In this document: positions 16,690 to 25,285 of the stretch, piece after piece | How the letters are laid out: the number at the start of each line of letters is the position of its first letter | How positions within the stretch are numbered: the first letter of the stretch is position 1 | Assembly (NCBI GenBank): GCA_045600005.1 | Contig: JAZRXB010000247.1 | Coordinates: 51,070 to 115,069, forward strand | Origin: Eubacteriales bacterium | GTDB lineage: Bacteria > Bacillota > Clostridia > Oscillospirales > CAG-272 | Reading direction: 5' to 3' | Length of the DNA: 64,000 bases | Notes under the pieces: generated by a model | Seen by the model: only the letters and a program-made list of their open reading frames with translations | What the model was told of the DNA's origin: nothing | Database searches by the model: none | Program-made: the position numbers and the translations under genes

Positions 16690-18114
16690 TCAGATAAAAT
16701 AACGCATCAGAAGGCGCGGCAGCGAGCAGTCATCCGTGAACGGCGGGTAGCGCAGCGGATTCCAGTCGATCAGTGTGGACGAGAACAGCAGAGATTCCTC
16801 CGCGCTGAACGTATCGAACCCGGCTTTGCCGTGATAGCGTCCCATGCCGCTGTCGGCGATCCCGCCGAAGGGCAGATGAGGGTTCGCCATCTGCACGAGC
16901 GTGTCGTTGACGCATCCGCAGCCGAAGTCAAGGCTGTCGATGATGAGCTTTTTCGTGTCCCGGCTCGACGTATAAAGGTAGAGCGCGAGCGGCTTCGGAC
17001 GCTTGCGGATGGAATTGATGACGATGTTGATGTCGCTGTACTCGAAGACCGGCAGGATCGGACCGAAGATCTCTTCGCTGAGCAGCTTGCTGTCGCGGTT
17101 GATATGATCCATCAGCGTCAGCGAAATGCGCCCGGTCTCCTCGTTCACGTCGCCGCCCATCAGGATCCTGCCGTCTTTCAGATAGGCTTTCAGACGCTCG
17201 AAGTGCAGGCGGTTGATGATTTTCGGATAGTATTTGTTTTCGCAGGCGGCAAGCGTACAGAATTTGTCGTGATATTCCTTCATGTACTTCACCAGCTCGT
17301 CCTTGACGCTGCTTTCAACGTAAAGATAGTCCGGCGCCGAGTAGGTCTGCCCGGCGTTGATGAGCTTCGACGTGACGATGCGCCGCGCGGCGAGCCGCAG
17401 ATCGGCGGTCCGGTCGACGATGACGGGACTCTTTCCGCCCAGCTCCAGCACGACCGGCGTGAGCTGCGTGGCGGCGGCTTTGGCGATGAGCTTGGCGACG
17501 GCGGTGCCGCCGGTGTAGAAGACCAGCCCGAACTGCTCGCGGCGGATGGCTTTGATCGCCTCAAAGCTGTCGATATAGGCGGCGATGTACTCGCGGTCGA
17601 AATATTTGTCGATCAGGTCGCACATCAGGCGGCTGGTGTGGCGCGAATGCTCGGACAATTTGAGGATCGTGCAGTTTCCCGCCGCGATGGACGAGATCAG
17701 CGGCATCATGGACAGGTGGAAGGGATAGTTCCACGGCGAAAAGATCATGACGACGCCGAGCGGACGGCGGTATTTTTTGCTGGACGCCGGCCAGAAGAAA
17801 TAGGGCGTGGCGGTCGTGGACGGCGCGGTCCAGACCTTGAGATAGCGGAGCGTGTGATGGATCTCCTGTTCGACCAGTCCGATTTCGGTGATGTAGCTCT
17901 CGCTGTGGGATTTTCCGAGATCGGCGCGCAGCGCGTCCATGAGAAGCCCCTCGTTGTCGCGGATCATATTCCGCAGATTGACCAGAAGCTGACGTCGGAA
18001 CGCGACGCTGCGGGTCTTGCCGGTTGCAAAGAATTCCTTCTGTGCTTCGATGATGTCGTAGAGATCGGCGGAAATGCCGTTGATCTCCTGCCGTTCGTTA
18101 TTCGGTGCGTTCAT
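16690..18114 (-). CDS. aldehyde dehydrogenase family protein (ALDH3-like) with Tyr in place of the catalytic Cys
   Basis: FSPWNYPF, ELGGKSP and EEIFGPILP are present, but the nucleophile block reads NAGQTYSAPDY. GGAGG lies 6 nt before the ATG at 18114. Confidence 0.85.
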   Translation of the reverse strand: MNAPNNERQEINGISADLYDIIEAQKEFFATGKTRSVAFRRQLLVNLRNMIRDNEGLLMDALRADLGKSHSESYITEIGLVEQEIHHTLRYLKVWTAPSTTATPYFFWPASSKKYRRPLGVVMIFSPWNYPFHLSMMPLISSIAAGNCTILKLSEHSRHTSRLMCDLIDKYFDREYIAAYIDSFEAIKAIRREQFGLVFYTGGTAVAKLIAKAAATQLTPVVLELGGKSPVIVDRTADLRLAARRIVTSKLINAGQTYSAPDYLYVESSVKDELVKYMKEYHDKFCTLAACENKYYPKIINRLHFERLKAYLKDGRILMGGDVNEETGRISLTLMDHINRDSKLLSEEIFGPILPVFEYSDINIVINSIRKRPKPLALYLYTSSRDTKKLIIDSLDFGCGCVNDTLVQMANPHLPFGGIADSGMGRYHGKAGFDTFSAEESLLFSSTLIDWNPLRYPPFTDDCSLPRLLMRYFI

Positions 18115-18201
18115 GGCGGACCTCCGGAACATGGTTTAGTATTCTTACTGATATTATACACCAATTTTATGAAAAAAGCTACCCATCAGAGGATTTTTCA
18201 C

Positions 18202-18232
18202 AAAAAAATCCCCCGAAACGGGATTCGGGGGA
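18202..18232 (-). terminator. rho-independent terminator after the SDR gene
   Basis: The minus strand reads TCCCCCGAA-TCCCGT-TTCGGGGGA followed by TTTTTTT. Confidence 0.8.
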
Positions 18233-18247
18233 CAGAGTGCGGTCAGG

Positions 18248-19009
18248 TCAGAAGCCGTAGCGCTCGCGTTTGTCGCTCATCAGCGAAGCGCCGCCGTCCA
18301 TGACGATCTCCGCGCCGGTGATCGAAGCCGCGGCGGGGGAATCGAGGAACAGAACGGTCTGCCCGATCTCCTCCGGTCTGCACCAGCGGCACAGCGGGAT
18401 TTTGTAATAGGTGTCCTCCGGTCTGCCGAGACGTGCGCTGCCGGTGTCGGTCCAGCCGGGCGAGATCGTGTTGACGCGGATACGGTACTTCGCAAGCTCG
18501 ATCGCCGCGTGGGAGGCAAGGTGGATCAGCCCTGCCTTGACCGAAGCGTAAGCCGCCGCGTTCGGCGTGTTCATGTGCGCGTTGTTCGAAGCGATGACGA
18601 CGACCGACCCGCCGCCGGTCCGCGCCATCCACTTTCCGGCCCGCTGAAGGCAGAGATAGGAGCCTTTCAGGTCGATCTTGCAGAGAAGATCGAGATCCTC
18701 CTCCGGCAGATCGAGGATCGCGCCGGTTTTCGTCACGCCCGCGTTGTTGACATAGAGGTCGAGCCGTTCAAAGGCGCTTTCGGAAAAGTCAAAGAGCGAA
18801 TCGACGCCGGTCTTTTCGGAGAGATCAGCCTGAAAGAGAACGGCGCGGGCACCGCGCTTTTCGGCTTCGGCGGCGGTCTCGCGGGCGGAGGCTTCGCTGC
18901 TGTTGTAATGAAGGATCAGGTCGTAGCCGTTTGCGGCGAGTTCGAGCGCGATGCCGCGTCCGATGCCCATTCCGGCTCCGGTGACAAGGGCGGTTTTTCG
19001 ATTGTTCAT
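18248..19009 (-). CDS. SDR-family oxidoreductase (classical short-chain dehydrogenase)
   Basis: TGAGMGIGRG cofactor motif, NNAG, and a YASVKAG (YxxxK) catalytic motif. Start taken at MNNRKTALVTG. Confidence 0.85.
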   Translation of the reverse strand: MNNRKTALVTGAGMGIGRGIALELAANGYDLILHYNSSEASARETAAEAEKRGARAVLFQADLSEKTGVDSLFDFSESAFERLDLYVNNAGVTKTGAILDLPEEDLDLLCKIDLKGSYLCLQRAGKWMARTGGGSVVVIASNNAHMNTPNAAAYASVKAGLIHLASHAAIELAKYRIRVNTISPGWTDTGSARLGRPEDTYYKIPLCRWCRPEEIGQTVLFLDSPAAASITGAEIVMDGGASLMSDKRERYGF

Positions 19010-19133
19010 ATCGGTTTCATTCCTTTTTCGGAGATGTGCTGACAAGATCGGGTTTTCGACGAAAAATGCCGGAACAGGGGGCAGCACTTATTATGAATGC
19101 CGTTCGCGCACGGACACTTTCAGCGGATCCTGT

Positions 19134-20180
19134 TCACTTTTTCCTGCGTCCGTCCGGCTGCGGATATTCCGCCGCCGAATCGCGGATACAGAGCTCGGAT
19201 CTCATGACGATCTTGATGTTCTGGATGGAGGGAGAGTTCATCAGGTAATGGATCGCGTTGGCGGCCTGCACGCCCATTTCACGCGCGGGGATCCGGATGG
19301 TAGTCAGCGCCGGATTCATGCAGGAGGCAAGCTCGGTGTCGCCGAAGCCGACGATCGACAAATCGCGCGGCAGACGCCAGCCGAGGTGAAAGAGCGCTTT
19401 TGACAGTCCGAGCGCCAGCACGTCGGAGGTCGTGAAAACGGCGGTCGGACGCGCGGATGCGTCCATCCCGGCGAAGATTCCGGCGGCTTCCCGTCCGAAG
19501 TCCTCGCTGTACGCTCCCGACAGGATGAATTCCGGGCGGACGGTCAGCCGGTGCTTTTTCATCGCGCTGAGAAAGCCCTCCAGCCGGAGCTGGGAGTTGC
19601 GCATGGACGGGTCGCCGTTGACGATGCCGATCGCGGTATGACCGAGCCGAATCAGATACTCGGTCGCGCGCAGCGCGGCGCCGTAGTCGTCGATGTTGAC
19701 ATAGCTGACGCGCTTGTCGTTCAGGCGGCGGTTGACCGCCATGACCGGGACGCTGCTTTTTTCGGCAAGGAGCTTCGGAATGACGACGTCCTCCTGCTCG
19801 CGCCGCGTCCGGATGAACAGAAAGGCGTCGGCACGGGAGGCGAGCAGCGCGCGGGAACCTTCCTCGGCGTCGCCCAGCATATAGAGCGTGTTGCCGACGC
19901 CCAGCTCGGTCAGGCGGGCGGTCAGTCCGCCGAGAATGGTGTAGACAGTGGGATGCGCGAAGACGCTGCGGTCGGTCGTGTCGGACAGAACGATACAGAC
20001 GTTTCTGACCGGCTGAACGGCGGGAGCGCGTCGGCGGCGGACATAGCCCGTTTCCTTCATGACGGAAAGAACGTGCTCACGGGTGGATTCGTCTACATTG
20101 GGCGCGTCGTTGAGGACACGGGAGACCGTGCTGATCGAGACGCCCGCCAGCCGGGCGAGGTCGCGGACGGTGACGCTCAT
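19134..20180 (-). CDS. LacI-family transcriptional regulator
   Basis: N-terminal HTH VTVRDLARLAGVSISTVSRVLN followed by a periplasmic-binding-protein-like sugar domain. Its start overlaps the upstream stop (ATGA). Confidence 0.9.
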   Translation of the reverse strand: MSVTVRDLARLAGVSISTVSRVLNDAPNVDESTREHVLSVMKETGYVRRRRAPAVQPVRNVCIVLSDTTDRSVFAHPTVYTILGGLTARLTELGVGNTLYMLGDAEEGSRALLASRADAFLFIRTRREQEDVVIPKLLAEKSSVPVMAVNRRLNDKRVSYVNIDDYGAALRATEYLIRLGHTAIGIVNGDPSMRNSQLRLEGFLSAMKKHRLTVRPEFILSGAYSEDFGREAAGIFAGMDASARPTAVFTTSDVLALGLSKALFHLGWRLPRDLSIVGFGDTELASCMNPALTTIRIPAREMGVQAANAIHYLMNSPSIQNIKIVMRSELCIRDSAAEYPQPDGRRKK

Positions 20181-21088
20181 TCTGCGAAATACTGCGAGAT
20201 CATCTCGTAGTATTCATCGAACAGCGCGTCGAAATACCGGTCGGAGCTGAACGACGGCACGCGGCAGAAGCCGCTTTCGATCAGTCCGCGGCGTTTGAGG
20301 ATCTGTTTTTCAAAATAAATGATCATTTCGACGTTCTGACGGATGTGGTTGAGTATTTCGAGCAGAGCCGCGTGCAGACGCTTGGCCTCCGCACGGTCGC
20401 CCGCCATGTAGGCGTTATAGGCTTTGAGATAGACGTCGTACATCGAACAGCCGGGCATGAGACCGACCGCGCCCCGGTCGAACGCTTCGATCATCTGATA
20501 ACCGGCGTTGCCGACGAAGATCTTCAGATTTTTGTTTTCCCCTGCGAGCATGGTGCTGACGTATTTGCCGGAGGGCTTGCACTCGATTTTGTAGTAAACC
20601 GCGTTGGGCGCTTCGGCGGACAGACGCTCAAACACCGACGGAGCGATGGCGACGCCGGTCTGTTCGGGCGCGTACTGGATCATGACCGGGATATCGACCG
20701 CCCGGCAGACGCGGAGCATATGCTGATACAGCTCCTCGCCCGCCGGCTTTAAGAAGAACGGCGGGAGAAGCATCAGGCAGTCCGCGCCGATGGCTTCCAG
20801 CTTTTTGGCGTATTCGACGGCGACTTCGGTGGAATGCTTCGTGACCGACATGATGGAGGGCGTACCGAGCCGGCGGCATTCGTCTGCGGTCAGACGCGCC
20901 ATTCTGTCCTGCTCTTCATCGGTGAGCTTGTAGTATTCGCCCGCGATGCCGAACAGGGTCAGCGCGTGGCAGCCGCCTGCGGAGAGCGCGACGATGAGAT
21001 TTTTCAGACTGTCGTAATCGACCGCGCCGCCGTCCGTGAAGGGGGTGGCGATGATCGGGCAGATTCCTTTGAGATTCGGGTCTTTCAT
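20177..21088 (-). CDS. DHDPS/NAL-family lyase (2-keto-3-deoxy-sugar-acid aldolase or dehydratase type)
   Basis: CPIIATPFTDGGAVDYDSL, LFGIAGEYYKLTDEE and YYKIECKPSG (candidate Schiff-base Lys). AAGGAGA SD. Confidence 0.8.
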   Translation of the reverse strand: MKDPNLKGICPIIATPFTDGGAVDYDSLKNLIVALSAGGCHALTLFGIAGEYYKLTDEEQDRMARLTADECRRLGTPSIMSVTKHSTEVAVEYAKKLEAIGADCLMLLPPFFLKPAGEELYQHMLRVCRAVDIPVMIQYAPEQTGVAIAPSVFERLSAEAPNAVYYKIECKPSGKYVSTMLAGENKNLKIFVGNAGYQMIEAFDRGAVGLMPGCSMYDVYLKAYNAYMAGDRAEAKRLHAALLEILNHIRQNVEMIIYFEKQILKRRGLIESGFCRVPSFSSDRYFDALFDEYYEMISQYFAE

Positions 21089-21192
21089 GGTTTTTCTCCT
21101 TGAAGCGTGATTTTACAGTTTCATTATACCAGCCGGGAAACAAAAATGCAATACTTTCTTCTGTTTCATCTTGTTTCATTGCGGGCGGAGAC

Positions 21193-21221
21193 TTGACAAG
21201 CGGCGCGATCTGTGATAAGCT
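21193..21221 (+). promoter_or_regulatory. candidate promoter TTGACA-17-TAAGCT (TG-extended) for the IlvD/Edd gene
   Basis: TTGACA at 21193-21198; TGaTAAGCT ends at 21221. The -10 is weak. Confidence 0.4.
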
Positions 21222-21254
21222 GAAAACAGAACATTCGGACTGTTATGGAGAGAG

Positions 21255-21274
21255 ATTGAAAACAGGTTTTCAAT
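21255..21274. promoter_or_regulatory. LacI-type operator candidate, perfect palindrome ATTGAAAAC-AG-GTTTTCAAT
   Basis: 9-bp perfect arms. The core TGAAAACAGGTTTTCA fits the LacI/CcpA operator pattern TGnAAnCGnTTnCA. The half-site TGAAAACAG recurs at 21221-21229, directly after the -10. Confidence 0.6.
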
Positions 21275-21344
21275 CCTCGTATTGCGGCTTTCACTGCCGG
21301 AACGGCGGCGAGAACCTCAAATCCGATGAAAGGTGGTCATAAGC

Positions 21345-23048
21345 ATGAAAAACAATACTTCCCCCGAATGGAAAAAACGCGGCGACCGCACCGGTCTTCT
21401 CCGCAACGCGCTGTTGAAATCCATGGGCTATACCGATAAGGATATCGAAAAACCGATCATCGGCATCATCAACACGTGGGCGGAGACCAATCCGGGTCAC
21501 TTCCATTTCCGTCAGCTCTCCGAAGCGGTCAAGCGCGGCGTGTGGGCGGCGGGCGGTTTCCCGCTGGAGGTCAACACGATGTCGATCTGCGAGGTCTTCT
21601 TCGACCTGTCCAGCCTGATCTACCGCAATCTGCTGTCCGAAACGACGGAGGAGCTGATCGCGCGGCATCCCTTCGACGGCGTGGTGCTGATCGGCGGCTG
21701 CGACAAGAACGTTCCCGCGCAGCTGATGGCGGCGGTATCCGCGAACAAGCCGACGATCTTCCTGCCCGGCGGCGCGATGCTGCCCGGCAGCTATAAGGGA
21801 CAGCAGCTCGTCTGCGGGACCGACAGCTTCTATCTATACAACCGCTACACCTCCGGCGAGATCACGCTGGACGAAATGACGAAATACGAGGGCTGCCTGT
21901 ACGGAAGCGCGGGAGCCTGCCCGATCATGGGGACCGCGAATACCGCGCAGACCGTGGCGGAAGCGCTCGGCATCGCGCTGCCGAACTCCGCGTCCTGCCT
22001 CGGCGTGTCCGCGGAAAAGCTGCGCGTCTCGGAGGAGACCGGACGCGCTGTCGTGGAGCTGGTCGAAAAGAATATCTGCTGCCGTGATATCATCACCCGC
22101 CGTTCGATCGAAAACGCGATCACCGTTCTGATGGCGGTCGGCGGTTCGACGAATCTGATCATTCACCTGACCGCGATCGCACGGCGCGCGGGGATCGAGC
22201 TGAAGCTGTCGGATTTCGCCGAGATCAGCGACCGCACGCCGGTGCTGGTCAACGTCAAGCCGCACGGGACCGAAGCGGTCGGGACCGGGTTCCACAACGC
22301 GGGCGGCGTGTTCTCGCTGATGAAGGAGCTGGAGGGGATGCTTCACACCGACTGCCTGACGGTCAGCGGAAAAACGGTCGGCGAAAATCTCGCTGACGCG
22401 GATCTTCCCTATGATACGAACATCATCCGTCCGCTCGACCATCCGCTCGAAGAAAAAGGCGGCATCGCCGTACTGTACGGCAACCTTGCGCCCGGCGGCG
22501 CGGTCATCAAGCGGAGCGCGGCAAGTCTATCGCTTCTCAGCCACCGCGGACCCGCGAAGGTGTTCGACGATCTTGCCGCCTGCCAGCGGTATCTGCTCGA
22601 CGAGGACAGCGATATGGACGAAAACACGGTCGTCGTGCTGCGCGGCTACGGACCGGTCGGCGCGCCGGGTATGCCGGAAAGCGGCAATTCCATGCCTCTG
22701 CCGCCCAAGCTCAGACGGCGCGGCGTGAACGATTTCGTGCGCATCACCGATTCGCGGATGTCGGGCGGCTGCTTCGGCACGCAGGTGCTTCATCTGACGC
22801 CCGAAAGCGCGGTCGGCGGACCGCTCGCGGCGGTGCGGGACGGCGATATCATCCATCTGGATGTGGACAGGGGACTCATCGAGGTCGAGCTGTCCGACGA
22901 CGAGATAAAGGAACGCTTAAAGGATTTCAAGCCGCAGAACCATCCTGAGATCAGACGCGGCTTTGTGCGCAATTTCATCGACCATGTGACACAGGCGGAC
23001 GAGGGCTGCGATATGACCTATTTGCAGTATCAGGGCGGGGAAGACTGA
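21345..23048 (+). CDS. IlvD/Edd-family dehydratase (sugar-acid dehydratase type)
   Basis: KPIIGIINTW, DGVVLIGGCDKNVPAQLMA, CPIMGTANT and ITDSRMSGG blocks. SD AAAGGTGG precedes the ATG at 21345. Confidence 0.9.
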   Translation: MKNNTSPEWKKRGDRTGLLRNALLKSMGYTDKDIEKPIIGIINTWAETNPGHFHFRQLSEAVKRGVWAAGGFPLEVNTMSICEVFFDLSSLIYRNLLSETTEELIARHPFDGVVLIGGCDKNVPAQLMAAVSANKPTIFLPGGAMLPGSYKGQQLVCGTDSFYLYNRYTSGEITLDEMTKYEGCLYGSAGACPIMGTANTAQTVAEALGIALPNSASCLGVSAEKLRVSEETGRAVVELVEKNICCRDIITRRSIENAITVLMAVGGSTNLIIHLTAIARRAGIELKLSDFAEISDRTPVLVNVKPHGTEAVGTGFHNAGGVFSLMKELEGMLHTDCLTVSGKTVGENLADADLPYDTNIIRPLDHPLEEKGGIAVLYGNLAPGGAVIKRSAASLSLLSHRGPAKVFDDLAACQRYLLDEDSDMDENTVVVLRGYGPVGAPGMPESGNSMPLPPKLRRRGVNDFVRITDSRMSGGCFGTQVLHLTPESAVGGPLAAVRDGDIIHLDVDRGLIEVELSDDEIKERLKDFKPQNHPEIRRGFVRNFIDHVTQADEGCDMTYLQYQGGED

Positions 23049-23078
23049 AAACGCGGATTCAGAGAAAGGCTGTTTGAT

Positions 23079-24911
23079 ATGAAAGATTATCGTTTTAACG
23101 TAAAAGACGACGGCGGTCTCGAAATTCTGGCGGACGGAAAGCCGCTGTTCGGAACGGATCCGGCGGGCGAAATCCTTCCGTCTTCCGTGATCAGAGACGG
23201 AAACACGGCGGAGCTGACCTTTGACGCACAGGAAAACTGCCCGGCGCTTACGGTCAGGATCCGGCAGAACGGGCAGGCGCTTCACGTCCTTCTGTCCGGC
23301 GAGGGAGATTTCGCGGGCGATTTCCGCTATCCGCTCCCGTTCGCGTCAAAGCCGGGCGACACGCTGCTGTACCCGTACTACGAGGGCTTCGCTTTCAAAG
23401 CGGAGGACGGGTCGTTCTGCCTGTCGGACCGGATGAATCTGTCGGGCGCGATCCTCTGCATGGCGTTCTGGGGCATCCTGCGGGAAGGGAACTGGCTGCT
23501 CTGCGCCGTTATCACCAATCTGGACGCACAGCTCGTCACGACCAGTGAAAACGGTCTGACCACCTCCCGCGTCGTATGGATCCCCGAAAAGGGGAAGTGG
23601 GGCTACACGCGCGAGATCCGGTATCTGGTCGGAGAGGGCGGCATTACGGAGCTTTGCATGGCGTACCGCGCCATCGCCGACGAGAAAGGGCTGCGCATCC
23701 CCTTCACGGCAAAGGAAGACAAGCTCCCCGCGCTGAACCGGCTGATCGGCGCGGCGGACGTCTGGCTGTGGAACGACGACGCGATGGACAAGCTCTATTC
23801 GGAGAACGCGGTCTATCATGTGCCGTCTGCCGAACAGCTGGCGCGCCGCGTGCAGATCGCCGAGGACATGAAGAAAAACGGCATGGACAACGTGCTGTGG
23901 AGCATTTTCGATGAGAACATCGACCTTGAAACGGTCGAAAGGGTGAAATCGCTCGGCTACATCACGACCGTTTACGATGTTTACACCGACGTCATCCCGA
24001 AGCCGATCGAGCACCTGATCCCCGATACGCGGCGCGAGCGCTGCAAACAGCGCATCGACTGGTGGCCGGACGGCATTCAGGTGCAGAAAAACGGCGAGCT
24101 CATGCCGGCATGGCAGCTCAAGGGCAAGGACGGCGTGTTCCGTCATCAGAACAAGATGTGCGACGCCGCGGCGGTCGACTGCGCGTCGAAATTCGTGCCG
24201 GAGCAGACGAAGAAATATAAGCTGGACGGCCGTTTCATCGACGTGACCTACGGCGGCTTCGGGGAATGTTACAGCAAGGTGCATCCGATGACCCGGCGGG
24301 ATTCCCTGCATTACAAGCGCGAGCTGTTCCGTATGCTCGGAGAACTGGGACTGTTCCGCGGAACGGAGGTCGGCTGCGAGGACGGCGCGCCCGACTTTGA
24401 GTACAACGAGGGTCTGCTCAGCGCCGCCAGATTCCGCCAGGCGGACGCGGGACGGCGCATGACGCATCTGTACGAAGGAGACCAGATCCGCCCGGAGATC
24501 CGGGGAATGATGCTGAATCCGCGCGTGCGCGTGCCGTTATGGGAGCTGGTCTACCACGGCTGCGTGCAGTCCTACTGGTATTGGGGCGATTCGGCGAACT
24601 GTATGCCGGAGCTGACGGCGCTGCGCGACCTGTTCTGCCGGCTGTGGGGACTGCCGGAGCTGTATTCCTTCCGCGCGGCGGACTGGGAAAAGCTGAAACC
24701 GCTGATCCTCGATTCCTATCGGCGCACGACGCCGCTCGCGGTCCGCGTGGGACGCGCGTCGCTCGACCGGTTTGAAATTCTGGATGAGGAAGGGCTTGTT
24801 CAGCGCACGACCTTCTCAGACGGCACGGTCGTGACGGCGAACTTTTCTGAAGACGATTTTAATTCTGACGGCAGGGTGATCCCCGCCGGAGAAGCGGTCG
24901 TTTTTGACTGA
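23079..24911 (+). CDS. uncharacterised 610-aa cytoplasmic protein, glycoside-hydrolase-like (name uncertain)
   Basis: A long ORF following ilvD/edd by 30 nt. No signal peptide. Trp/Asp-rich blocks (AADVWLWNDD, RFIDVTYGG, GTEVGCEDGAPDFEYNEG) reminiscent of TIM-barrel GH active-site strands. Assigned by resemblance only. Confidence 0.35.
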   Translation: MKDYRFNVKDDGGLEILADGKPLFGTDPAGEILPSSVIRDGNTAELTFDAQENCPALTVRIRQNGQALHVLLSGEGDFAGDFRYPLPFASKPGDTLLYPYYEGFAFKAEDGSFCLSDRMNLSGAILCMAFWGILREGNWLLCAVITNLDAQLVTTSENGLTTSRVVWIPEKGKWGYTREIRYLVGEGGITELCMAYRAIADEKGLRIPFTAKEDKLPALNRLIGAADVWLWNDDAMDKLYSENAVYHVPSAEQLARRVQIAEDMKKNGMDNVLWSIFDENIDLETVERVKSLGYITTVYDVYTDVIPKPIEHLIPDTRRERCKQRIDWWPDGIQVQKNGELMPAWQLKGKDGVFRHQNKMCDAAAVDCASKFVPEQTKKYKLDGRFIDVTYGGFGECYSKVHPMTRRDSLHYKRELFRMLGELGLFRGTEVGCEDGAPDFEYNEGLLSAARFRQADAGRRMTHLYEGDQIRPEIRGMMLNPRVRVPLWELVYHGCVQSYWYWGDSANCMPELTALRDLFCRLWGLPELYSFRAADWEKLKPLILDSYRRTTPLAVRVGRASLDRFEILDEEGLVQRTTFSDGTVVTANFSEDDFNSDGRVIPAGEAVVFD

Positions 24912-24931
24912 CGGCAGGGCGGAATCCGCCG

Positions 24932-24976
24932 ACAGGCGCGTTTTTTCGAGCGAAAAACGCGCCTGTTCCGCTTTTG
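24932..24976 (+). terminator. rho-independent terminator
   Basis: A 14-bp stem ACAGGCGCGTTTTT / AAAAACGCGCCTGT followed by TCCGCTTTT. Confidence 0.75.
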
Positions 24977-25093
24977 ACCGGGACACGCCGGAAAAGACCG
25001 AAAATCTGTCCGATCATGACGGAATTGGGCGTAAAATGCTGGCAAGACCATAATTCAACAAAAATCCGAAGGAATAATCGGTGAAAATTACTA

Positions 25094-25122
25094 TTGACTT
25101 TCGGTACGGCTTGCTATATAAT
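25094..25122 (+). promoter_or_regulatory. sigma-A-type promoter of nrdD, TTGACT-17-TATAAT
   Basis: TTGACT at 25094-25099 and TATAAT at 25117-25122. Confidence 0.65.
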
Positions 25123-25143
25123 ATTTACTGCGCTGGTCGATAG

Positions 25144-25191
25144 ATACTGTATATAGTGGCACATGCTCAGACTCACCACAATATATTGTGG
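25144..25191. promoter_or_regulatory. two NrdR boxes
   Basis: ATACTGTATATAGTGG (25144-25159) and CCACAATATATTGTGG (25176-25191). Both fit the 16-bp NrdR palindrome (acaCwAtATaTwGtgt). Their centres are 32 bp apart, just downstream of the -10. Confidence 0.75.
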
Positions 25192-25285
25192 ATTCGGACC
25201 TGCCGCGATTTTTTATGCCCTTCATAATGATATTGACAGATCAAAGACAGAACCGACGAAAGAGGAGACGGAGGACCGACGGTAT

